Source: Rickettsiales bacterium (GTDB taxonomy: Bacteria; Pseudomonadota; Alphaproteobacteria; Rickettsiales; UBA3002). From it: a stretch of DNA of 35,087 nt. Within the stretch, counting starts at the first letter, position 1, and each line of letters begins with the position of its first letter. A program made the position numbers and the translations under genes. Below, piece by piece: positions 1-8,713 of the stretch. Where the stretch lies: NCBI GenBank assembly GCA_044225085.1, contig JBGAJE010000001.1:1-35087 (forward strand), in the 5' to 3' direction. The notes under the pieces are model-generated. The model searched no databases. It was not told the origin of the DNA and saw only the letters and a program-made list of their open reading frames with translations.

Positions 1-1427
1 CGCTTGTTAACGGGCACGAACTTGCGTGGCTCGGAACCAATGAACAATTGGCGTGGGCGGCCGATTTTCATCGTCGGATCTTCGATCATCTCTTTCCACT
101 GGGCGACCCAGCCGGCGGTGCGCGCCACGGCGAATAGCACGGTGAATAGTGCCGTTGGGATGCCAAGGGCACGGTAGATGATACCGGAGTAGAAATCGAC
201 GTTCGGGTAGAGTTTGCGCTGGATGAAGTAATCGTCGTTGAGCGCGATTTTTTCGAGCTCCATCGCGATTTGTAGCAAGGGCTCATCTTCCTGCCCGAGT
301 TCGGAGAGCACTTCATGGCAGGATTTGCGCAGTACGGCGGCACGCGGGTCATAGTTTTTGTAGACGCGGTGACCGAAGCCCATCAGGCGGTAATTATCGT
401 TCTTATCCTTCACGCGCTTGATGAAATGCGGGATGTTTTTCACGTCGCCAATTTCAGTGAGCTGTTGGATTACGGCTTCATTCGCGCCACCGTGAGCTGG
501 GCCCCAGAGGGAGGCGATACCTGCGCCGATGCAAGCAAACGGGTTTGCGCCTGAGGAGCCGGCAAGACGTACGGTGCTGGTGCTCGCGTTCTGTTCGTGA
601 TCGGCGTGGAGGATAAAGATTTTCTCCATCGCATCCGCGATCACCGGGTTCACTTTGTAAGGCTCGCATGGGGTTGCAAACATCATATGCATGAAGTTCT
701 CGCAGAAACCGAGCTCGTTGTTGGGATACATGAACGGCTGGCCGACGGAGTATTTGTAGCACATGGCCGCGAGTGTCGGCATTTTCGCGATCATGCGCAG
801 CATGGCGAGTTCGCGCTCGGCGGGGTTATGAATGTCGAGTGAATCGTGGTAGAAAGCCGACAGCGACGCCACGGAACCGACCATAATCGCCATGGGGTGT
901 GCACGGCGTGGGAAGCCACGATAGAGGAATTGAAGTTGCTCGTGCACCATCGTGTGGTGATTGATTTTATGTTCGAACCAGCATTTTTGATCCGCATTTG
1001 GCAGGTCGCCATAATTCAGCAGATAGGCGGTTTCGAGGAAGTTTGCTTTGGCGGCGAGGTCGGCAATATCATAACCGCGATAGCGCAGGATGCCTTTGTC
1101 GCCGTCGATATAGGTGATCTCGGAATCGCAACTGGCGGTGGAGAGGAAGCCGGGGTCGAACGTGAAATGGCCGGTGGTGGCGTAGAGTTTGCTGATGTCG
1201 ATGACATTCGGACCTTCGACACCTTTGTAAATCGGGAATTCTACCGGTGCTTTGCCTTGCACAGAAAGTTGTGCCGCACCGATGCGTTTGAAACGATTCA
1301 CTTGATCTTTGCGGGCTGCTTGCAATTTTGCAGGGCGCATTGGCGCCAAGCTAGCGCGGGCTTTTTTCCCGAGTTTTTTCTTTGCCGATTTTGCTTTGTT
1401 TTTTGATTTGCTTGCGGCTTTGGCCAT
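1..1427 (-). CDS. gltA: citrate synthase (type II, GltA-like); C-terminal end runs off the window edge
   Basis: My own minus-strand translation; the ORF is not in the track because it has no stop in the window. ATG at 1427-1425, and GAGGAG Shine-Dalgarno (complement of 1434-1439) 6 nt upstream. Contains hallmark stretches [36 protein letters not shown] and [10 protein letters not shown]. About 50 extra Lys/Ala-rich residues precede the conserved core. Confidence 0.93.
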   Translation of the reverse strand, partial: MAKAASKSKNKAKSAKKKLGKKARASLAPMRPAKLQAARKDQVNRFKRIGAAQLSVQGKAPVEFPIYKGVEGPNVIDISKLYATTGHFTFDPGFLSTASCDSEITYIDGDKGILRYRGYDIADLAAKANFLETAYLLNYGDLPNADQKCWFEHKINHHTMVHEQLQFLYRGFPRRAHPMAIMVGSVASLSAFYHDSLDIHNPAERELAMLRMIAKMPTLAAMCYKYSVGQPFMYPNNELGFCENFMHMMFATPCEPYKVNPVIADAMEKIFILHADHEQNASTSTVRLAGSSGANPFACIGAGIASLWGPAHGGANEAVIQQLTEIGDVKNIPHFIKRVKDKNDNYRLMGFGHRVYKNYDPRAAVLRKSCHEVLSELGQEDEPLLQIAMELEKIALNDDYFIQRKLYPNVDFYSGIIYRALGIPTALFTVLFAVARTAGWVAQWKEMIEDPTMKIGRPRQLFIGSEPRKFVPVNK

Positions 1428-1487
1428 GGGATGCTCCTCGGCAATTGAGTTATGATCGAGCTAGGCTAGGAGCGCGTTTTTCAGCCG

Positions 1488-2552
1488 TCAACGCTTGGTG
1501 CGGCGTGACGGCCGTTTCACCAGTTTCTTTTGTGCAGTGTGGCTAATATCAATCAGTGCGAGCACCTTATGGTCAACGCCTGATAGCGGTAGGGCGCTGA
1601 TTTCCTTGCGCGTGTGCCAATGGGTGCCATATTTAGCGGCGGTAAGTGTGCGCAGCATGACTTGGCCTTGAAGCCGAAAATGGCTGTATATCTGCACTAC
1701 CTGGCCAAGGGGTTTGGTATTTTGTATCGCGTGCGAAATAGGAAATTGCGGGAAGCCGTAAAGCCCGCCCAACAAGGCGGCGTCACGCGCTTCAAGATAG
1801 AATTTTCCGACCGCATCCTGTGTCACTTCAATGATGACTTCGCGTGTTGGCACGTGCTTCCTCGCACGCGGGGCGGGATATGATTCGGGTGACGATTGTC
1901 CGAGACAAATTTTATTCGCAGGACATGCCGGGCAATCCGGATTTTTTGGCGTGCAGATGAGGCTTCCCAAATCCATCATCGCCTGGTTGTAATCGAATGG
2001 TTCGGCGTGATTGAGCAATGTCTCCGCTCCTGCCCAAAGTTGCTGTTCCGAAGGCGACTCCCACGCAAAGATCCGTGCAACAATGCGTTTTACATTTGCC
2101 TCGAGAATCGCCACTGGCTGATGGTAAGCGAACGCCGCAATCGCATGCGCCGTATTGCGGCCGATGCCAGGGAGGGCGCGCAACCCCTCAATATCAGTCG
2201 GCAATCCGTTATGGGCGCGCTTCGCTGCTTCATGCAAGAATCCGGCGCGGCGGTAATAGCCGAGGCCTTCCCACGCTTTCATGACCGCTTCGCGTGGCGC
2301 GACGGCGAGGGCTTGAATCGTCGGAAACCGTTCTAGAAACGGATAATAAAACCGCGCCAGCACCGTGGAAACCTGCGTCTGCTGCAGCATCACCTCGGAA
2401 AGCCAGATGTGATACGGATCATCCGTTTTCCGCCAGGGCAGCGCGTGCCGCCCATGCGCCTGATACCATGCCGCGAGCGCTGCATGAAATGTGCGTAACC
2501 TGGGCGGTTTTATTTGCGGCAAGGCCGCAGCGGTGCTAGTGGTTTTGGCCAT
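1488..2552 (-). CDS. mutY: A/G-specific adenine DNA glycosylase MutY
   Basis: The 1488..2660 ORF contains the HhH-GPD motif (LPGIGRNTAHAI) and the 4Fe-4S cluster loop CTPKNPDCPACPANKIC. I prefer the internal ATG at 2552 (MAKTTS...), because the 2660 start would overlap the thiC start region. Confidence 0.88.
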   Translation of the reverse strand: MAKTTSTAAALPQIKPPRLRTFHAALAAWYQAHGRHALPWRKTDDPYHIWLSEVMLQQTQVSTVLARFYYPFLERFPTIQALAVAPREAVMKAWEGLGYYRRAGFLHEAAKRAHNGLPTDIEGLRALPGIGRNTAHAIAAFAYHQPVAILEANVKRIVARIFAWESPSEQQLWAGAETLLNHAEPFDYNQAMMDLGSLICTPKNPDCPACPANKICLGQSSPESYPAPRARKHVPTREVIIEVTQDAVGKFYLEARDAALLGGLYGFPQFPISHAIQNTKPLGQVVQIYSHFRLQGQVMLRTLTAAKYGTHWHTRKEISALPLSGVDHKVLALIDISHTAQKKLVKRPSRRTKR

Positions 2553-2599
2553 TTGATTGGATTGCCACGTCGCTGCCCTTGGAGCAACGACAAACGTAA

Positions 2600-4507
<1,908 letters not shown>

Positions 4508-4520
4508 TGGCGCTGCTGCA

Positions 4521-4572
4521 AGCCCGCACCCAAATCTGCTGCGCAGATTTGACCTCTCCCGCCGGGAGAGGT
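4521..4572. repeat. solo right-end module of the composite palindromic repeat family
   Basis: GCCCGCACCC, then hairpin CAAATCTGC-tgc-GCAGATTTG (4531-4551), then hairpin ACCTCTCCC-gcc-GGGAGAGGT (4552-4572). Same module order as 5014-5065. Begins 14 nt after the thiC stop. Confidence 0.8.
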
Positions 4573-4601
4573 AGAAAGAGGCACCGCATTGCCCCACGGT
4601 C

Positions 4602-4653
4602 ACCTCTCCCACCGGGAGAGGTCTAAATCGCCCTTGCGATTTAGGGTGAGGGC
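4602..4653. repeat. left-end module of the composite palindromic repeat
   Basis: ACCTCTCCC-acc-GGGAGAGGT (4602-4622), CTAAATCG-cccttg-CGATTTAG (4623-4644), GGGTGAGGGC (4644-4653). Stems are identical to 33580-33631 and the loops differ. Confidence 0.85.
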
Positions 4654-4668
4654 TTACAAACTCACCCC

Positions 4669-5067
4669 ATGAAAAAAGCCTACCACAAACCCCCCACCAT
4701 CGACCGCGCTCGAACCTTGCGCGTCACCCGTCCCTCAGTCCAAACACGCCTCTGGCACCACCTCCGCGCCCGCCAACTCGAAGGCTACAAATTCCGCCGT
4801 CAGCACCCCGTCGGCAACTACTTCCTCGACTTCGCCTGTGAGGAATTAAAACTCGCCATCGAGCTTGACGGCGGCCAGCACAACGACCCCGCCCACCAGC
4901 GCTACGATGCCACCCGCACCGCTGCCCTCAAACAATCCGGCTGGCGCTTATTACGTTTTTGGAATAATGAAGTGATGGAAAATATCGAGGGTGTATTGCA
5001 GGTGATTCAGCAAGCCCTCACCCAAAATCCGAAGACGGATTTTGACCTCTCCCGGTGGGAGAGGTAA
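4669..5067 (+). CDS. DUF559 domain protein (Vsr / PD-(D/E)xK-like endonuclease fold)
   Basis: 132-aa ORF with typical DUF559 strings: LWHHLRARQLEGYKFRRQHPVGNYFLDFAC, LAIELDGGQH, WRLLRFWNNEV. The last ~18 codons are encoded by the right-end repeat module. Confidence 0.85.
   Translation: MKKAYHKPPTIDRARTLRVTRPSVQTRLWHHLRARQLEGYKFRRQHPVGNYFLDFACEELKLAIELDGGQHNDPAHQRYDATRTAALKQSGWRLLRFWNNEVMENIEGVLQVIQQALTQNPKTDFDLSRWER
5014..5065. repeat. right-end module of the composite palindromic repeat (inside the 3' end of the DUF559 CDS)
   Basis: GCCCTCACCC (5014-5023), AAAATCCG-aaga-CGGATTTT (5024-5043), ACCTCTCCC-ggt-GGGAGAGGT (5045-5065). This is the inverted order of the modules at 4602-4653. Confidence 0.85.
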
Positions 5068-5108
5068 CGGAGCGAGATTTGTTAAAACACGGGGTGATGA
5101 TTGCGGTA

Positions 5109-5516
5109 TTAGTGACGAATCATTTCAACATAAAGTATTGCAATCATTACTGCAAAACCAGCGACCGCAATCCAGAAAAGTCGCATGCCAGAACCTTTAG
5201 GTAAGATTACTTGATCATAAGTGATATCAGGGTGTTCCTGCAGCTTTTTAAGATTGCTTTTTTGAAAACGCCAACAAGCGGCGTATATAGGTAAAACTAG
5301 AGTATAGATAAGGGCTAATCTGTAAAAATGGAATCCGTGCTGCAATATGTAATGCAAATCCGTTCCAATAGTAATTGCCAAAGAAATAAAAAGACCCCTC
5401 CTCATGTATTTCCAAAATCCACCACGCACTGTTGCTTGCAGAGATAGAATAGCTTTCTCTCGCTTCAGCTGAGCTTGACGTTTAGTTTCTTCGGGATCGA
5501 ATTGGACAGTAAACAT
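5109..5516 (-). CDS. hypothetical small membrane protein (AT-rich ORFan)
   Basis: 135-aa ORF with 3-4 hydrophobic segments. The region is about 40% GC by my hand count (167 G+C in 5101-5520). No family recognised. Confidence 0.5.
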   Translation of the reverse strand: MFTVQFDPEETKRQAQLKREKAILSLQATVRGGFWKYMRRGLFISLAITIGTDLHYILQHGFHFYRLALIYTLVLPIYAACWRFQKSNLKKLQEHPDITYDQVILPKGSGMRLFWIAVAGFAVMIAILYVEMIRH

Positions 5517-5716
5517 GTGGTAATATTATAGATAGGCTGCTGATAAGACAATATGCAAATAGGGTGGAAGTAGAAAACAATGATGGATCTAAAAACATTG
5601 GTATAAACTGCCTGAATTATTGCCCTCATCGGCGCACGCAATAAGTCGGAGCAATAGAGTCCCGCCCCATCATCCACATCGTTTCCTTACACCCCTCATC
5701 TTACACTCCGCTTATG

Positions 5717-5738
5717 TTTACGAAAATGATTTCGTAAA
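5717..5738. promoter_or_regulatory. perfect 9-bp inverted repeat TTTACGAAA-atga-TTTCGTAAA just upstream of the small His/Asp-rich secreted protein gene
   Basis: Read directly. It ends 9 nt before ATG 5747 and 21 nt before ATG 5759. Candidate operator or 5'-UTR hairpin; function unknown. Confidence 0.3.
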
Positions 5739-5746
5739 AACATGAG

Positions 5747-6037
5747 ATGAGAATCCCGATGAAAAAGTTTTTAATGGTGGCCGGTTTAGTGGCGATCAGC
5801 GCAGGGGCGGCCCAGGCGCAGGTGGATGTGGATGTGAATTTGTTCGGCGATCCGCGGCCGGTTTATGTCGAGCAACGTCCCGTTTATGTGGAGCAGCGGC
5901 CGGTCTATTACCGCGAGAATGACCGCGAGCGTCATCGTCATTACGATTGGAGTTATTGGGACCGTGATCGCGATCACGACGATCATCATGATAATGGCCA
6001 TCATTATGGGCGCGACAAAGACGATCATCGCGGCTAG
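5747..6037 (+). CDS. small secreted protein with RPVYVEQ repeats and a His/Asp-rich tail
   Basis: Signal peptide MKKFLMVAGLVAISAGAAQA, so the ATG at 5759 is the likelier start. Has three PVY repeats, the motif ERHRHYDWSYW and the tail DHDDHHDNGHHYGRDKDDHRG. Paralog of 6983..7294. Confidence 0.7.
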   Translation: MRIPMKKFLMVAGLVAISAGAAQAQVDVDVNLFGDPRPVYVEQRPVYVEQRPVYYRENDRERHRHYDWSYWDRDRDHDDHHDNGHHYGRDKDDHRG

Positions 6038-6049
6038 ATTCCGTCGCGT

Positions 6050-6445
6050 ATGATGCAACATCTCGCGACCACGACCAAAACCATTGCCCTCATTGGCGCC
6101 TCCAATAAACCGGAGCGGGCGTCGTATGGCGTCATGGAATTTTTGCTCGCGCGTGGTTATCGCGTTACGCCGGTGAACCCGGGCCTCGCGGGGCAGAGGA
6201 TTCATGGGCAGTTGGTAGTGGCGTCACTGGCCGAGTGCCCCGCGCCCATCGACATGGTCGACATCTTCCGCAACACCGAGGATGCCGCGAAAGTGATCGA
6301 CGAAGCCATCGCGCTGAAAGACAAACTGCAGCTGAAAACCATCTGGTGCCAGCTCGGCGTCACGCCCGTTGAGGCCGCCAAACGCGCGGTGGCGGCAGGC
6401 CTCACCGTGGTGATGGATCACTGCCCCGCCATCGAGTGGGCATAA
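6050..6445 (+). CDS. CoA-binding domain protein (YccU-like)
   Basis: 131-aa ORF. IALIGASNKPERASYGV...GYRVTPVNP...VDIFR pattern typical of the CoA_binding_2 family. Confidence 0.78.
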   Translation: MMQHLATTTKTIALIGASNKPERASYGVMEFLLARGYRVTPVNPGLAGQRIHGQLVVASLAECPAPIDMVDIFRNTEDAAKVIDEAIALKDKLQLKTIWCQLGVTPVEAAKRAVAAGLTVVMDHCPAIEWA

Positions 6446-6447
6446 CG

Positions 6448-6897
6448 ATGAGGAAACACGGTATGATCGCTTACGGCATTCTCATCATCGGCGCACTCGC
6501 GTCGTTTTATTGTTACACCAAACTTTCGGCCCTGTTGCCGATGCGCGATGCGGCGGCGGTGACGCATGCGGATGCCACCATCACCAGCGTGCTCACTCCC
6601 ATGGTGAAAAAGGGCCAAAATGTTAGTGATGTGAAAAGCCAGGTGCTGTTTCGTTTTACGGTGGCTGGGCGGGATTATATTGGCGGGTATAATCTCAGCG
6701 GCGCGGCGGCGTTGCCGGATGTGGGGGCGGTGGAGCCGGTGGTATATCTCACCCGTACGCCGAGCGTTTTCCTGCGTAAAGCGGAATATGACGATTTGCC
6801 GCGCCAACTTGCCGTTCTGCGTTGGATGATTGGCATCTTTGCTGTGGCCGCATTGTTTCTGCCGTTTGTGGTACTCGGCTTCGGCCGCCGGGGCTAA
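6448..6897 (+). CDS. hypothetical membrane protein (TM - soluble domain - TM; DUF3592-like topology)
   Basis: ORF 6436..6897. Possible starts are GTG 6436, ATG 6448 and ATG 6463 (AGGAAA upstream of the last). Hydrophobic N- and C-terminal helices. Family assignment is only a topology-based guess. Confidence 0.55.
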   Translation: MRKHGMIAYGILIIGALASFYCYTKLSALLPMRDAAAVTHADATITSVLTPMVKKGQNVSDVKSQVLFRFTVAGRDYIGGYNLSGAAALPDVGAVEPVVYLTRTPSVFLRKAEYDDLPRQLAVLRWMIGIFAVAALFLPFVVLGFGRRG

Positions 6898-6982
6898 CCT
6901 CCTCAAAAATCGACTAAGAACTGGCTAACCCATAACCATATCGTTTTTTTGTGCGCAGGGGTTTTAAGTAAGGGTACGTATC

Positions 6983-7294
6983 ATGAGTACGCAAACCAGC
7001 GTGGAGAAAATTATGAAAAAGCTAGCAATCCTTCTTGGTGTGATGGCTGTTGTCGGGGCAACCTCGGCGGCGGAAGCGCGCACCAACATCAGTGTCGGTT
7101 TTGGTGTGCCGGCACCGGTTTATTATGAACCAGCACCGGTTTATTATCGGCCGGTTTATTCACCGCCGGTTTATTACGGCCCGTCCTACATCTACTATAA
7201 TACCGGATGGGAACGTCACCGGAATTACAATTGGGGCTATTGGCATGATCGCGGTTACTACGACCGTGATTATGACCGTGGCTGGCACCGCTAG
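6983..7294 (+). CDS. small secreted protein with PVYY repeats and a YNWGYW motif (paralog of 5747..6037)
   Basis: Signal peptide MKKLAILLGVMAVVGATSAAEA (the ATG at 7013 may be the true start). Has four P-V-Y-Y type repeats and ERHRNYNWGYWHDRGYYDRDYDRGWHR. Confidence 0.7.
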   Translation: MSTQTSVEKIMKKLAILLGVMAVVGATSAAEARTNISVGFGVPAPVYYEPAPVYYRPVYSPPVYYGPSYIYYNTGWERHRNYNWGYWHDRGYYDRDYDRGWHR

Positions 7295-7316
7295 TTAATA
7301 GCTAGGTCAAGCACGT

Positions 7317-7340
7317 GCGGGCGTATGTGAATACGCCCGC
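7317..7340. terminator. bidirectional stem-loop terminator between convergent genes
   Basis: GCGGGCGTAT-gtga-ATACGCCCGC is a perfect 10-bp stem. It lies between the stop of 6983..7294 and the stop of mscL (7346). A T-rich tract follows on the + strand (ctatttcttttt). Confidence 0.7.
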
Positions 7341-7345
7341 ATGGC

Positions 7346-7771
7346 CTATTTCTTTTTCAGCGAATCGCGAATTTCGCGTAGCAGCAGCACCTCTTCCGGC
7401 GGCGGTGGAGTGGGGACGCCTGGGATGACATTGCCCAGGCCGGATTTGAGGCGATTGATTTGCTTCACCAGCAAAAATACGACGAATGCAACGATCATGA
7501 ATTTGATTATGGCATTGAGGAAGAGGCCGTATTTGATGACGGGCGCGCCAGCTTTGATGGCGGCATCCAGCGTGTCGTAGTGATGGGTGGTGGAGAGATT
7601 GAGGTAGTATTCCGAGAAATCGAGCCCGCCGATGGCGAGGCCGATAAGTGGGTTGACGATGTCGCTCACCAGCGAGTTGACGATGGCGGTAAATGCCGCG
7701 CCGATGATGATTCCGACAGCAAGATCAACCACGTTGCCACGGGCGATGAAAGCTTTAAATTCATTAAGCAT
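7346..7771 (-). CDS. mscL: large-conductance mechanosensitive channel MscL
   Basis: 141 aa beginning [27 protein letters not shown], the canonical MscL N-terminus/TM1. GGAGG Shine-Dalgarno upstream. Confidence 0.95.
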   Translation of the reverse strand: MLNEFKAFIARGNVVDLAVGIIIGAAFTAIVNSLVSDIVNPLIGLAIGGLDFSEYYLNLSTTHHYDTLDAAIKAGAPVIKYGLFLNAIIKFMIVAFVVFLLVKQINRLKSGLGNVIPGVPTPPPPEEVLLLREIRDSLKKK

Positions 7772-7879
7772 TGGCCCCTCCTAGTGTTTTGACGCCACAA
7801 CTTGCATAATATGCGTGCGGGATCTGTGCAACTGGTTCGTTTCTGGCTGCGGTGAGGTGCCGCGTGTTTATGATGCGGC

Positions 7880-8713
7880 TTGATGCTGTCGCTTTCAAAA
7901 AATGAGATGGAATCAATCGACCATCCGGTGCTCGCACGGGCGGCGAAAGCGGCGGTAGCCCATGCTTGCTATCAGATTGCGAATGCGCCGCTTCGGCTTT
8001 ATCCTGCACCGCATTTCTATATTTCGCCAATATTTCCGCCGGATTACTATGCAGCGATGCTGCGGCATTTTCCGTCACCGCTCGATTTTAAACAAATGCG
8101 TGCTTCGGCGCATGGGAATATGGGGATTCATGAAAGCCGGCATTATCTTTCGTATTTCGATGGGGACTGCGCGAAACTACCAGCGGTGCAGGAGGCGTTT
8201 TGGTCGGCGCTGTTGGCAGAGCTGAGTGCGCAGCAATTTCATACAGTGGTTGCGGCGAAGCTTTTTCCGTATTTCGATTTACCTCGAGCGGTGGCGCTCG
8301 GTAGTCACCGCGATTTGCTGATGATCTCGGATCGAGGTGGTTATTCCATCAGTCCGCATACAGATACGCCGCAAAAGCTTTGCTCATTGCTATTTTATTG
8401 TCCGGCGGATGATCGGCATCCCGAGCTTGGCACTTCGTTCTATACACCGAGGGGCACGGTGCCGCGCAAGGCGCGCTGGTTTGATGGTTGGGGGTATCAA
8501 GGGGATGCGTCGCACTCGCCGTTTGATGGGTACGAGAACATTACCACCATGCCTTATGTGCCCAATGCATTGTTTGGTTTTGTGCGTACGCGGCATTCAT
8601 TCCATGCGGTGGAGCCGGGCCACATCGAGGCAGCGCGGCAATTGCTGATTTATGAAAATTTTTCCACGCGCGATTCGCGAAAGCTTTGCGCGCTACGTCA
8701 GGAGGGGCGATGA
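7880..8713 (+). CDS. hypothetical protein, possibly a 2OG-Fe(II) oxygenase-like tailoring enzyme
   Basis: 277-aa ORF (alternative start ATG 7907). Candidate facial triad: H-x-D in ISPHTDTP plus a distal His in SFHAVEP. The stop overlaps the next start (ATGA at 8710-8713). Product call is weak. Confidence 0.4.
   Translation: MMLSLSKNEMESIDHPVLARAAKAAVAHACYQIANAPLRLYPAPHFYISPIFPPDYYAAMLRHFPSPLDFKQMRASAHGNMGIHESRHYLSYFDGDCAKLPAVQEAFWSALLAELSAQQFHTVVAAKLFPYFDLPRAVALGSHRDLLMISDRGGYSISPHTDTPQKLCSLLFYCPADDRHPELGTSFYTPRGTVPRKARWFDGWGYQGDASHSPFDGYENITTMPYVPNALFGFVRTRHSFHAVEPGHIEAARQLLIYENFSTRDSRKLCALRQEGR

Larger units (their letters stand above)
4602..5065 (+). mobile_element. candidate DUF559-carrying palindromic (REP/MITE-like) element; hypothesis only
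   Basis: Inverted left (4602-4653) and right (5014-5065) modules bracket the DUF559 ORF. A cargo-less copy with the same arms lies at 33580-33700. No transposase, integrase or target-site duplication was recognised. Confidence 0.3.

Noticed and set aside
4521-4653. Clustered short palindromic repeats after thiC considered as a CRISPR array
   Set aside because: There are only two to three units, and the repeats are composite hairpin modules in mixed orientation. No regular repeat-spacer periodicity and no cas genes. The pattern is REP/MITE-like instead.
7764-8078. 104-aa minus-strand ORF overlapping the mscL start and the first polysaccharide gene
   Set aside because: It overlaps two better-supported genes and has no ribosome-binding site or recognisable domain.
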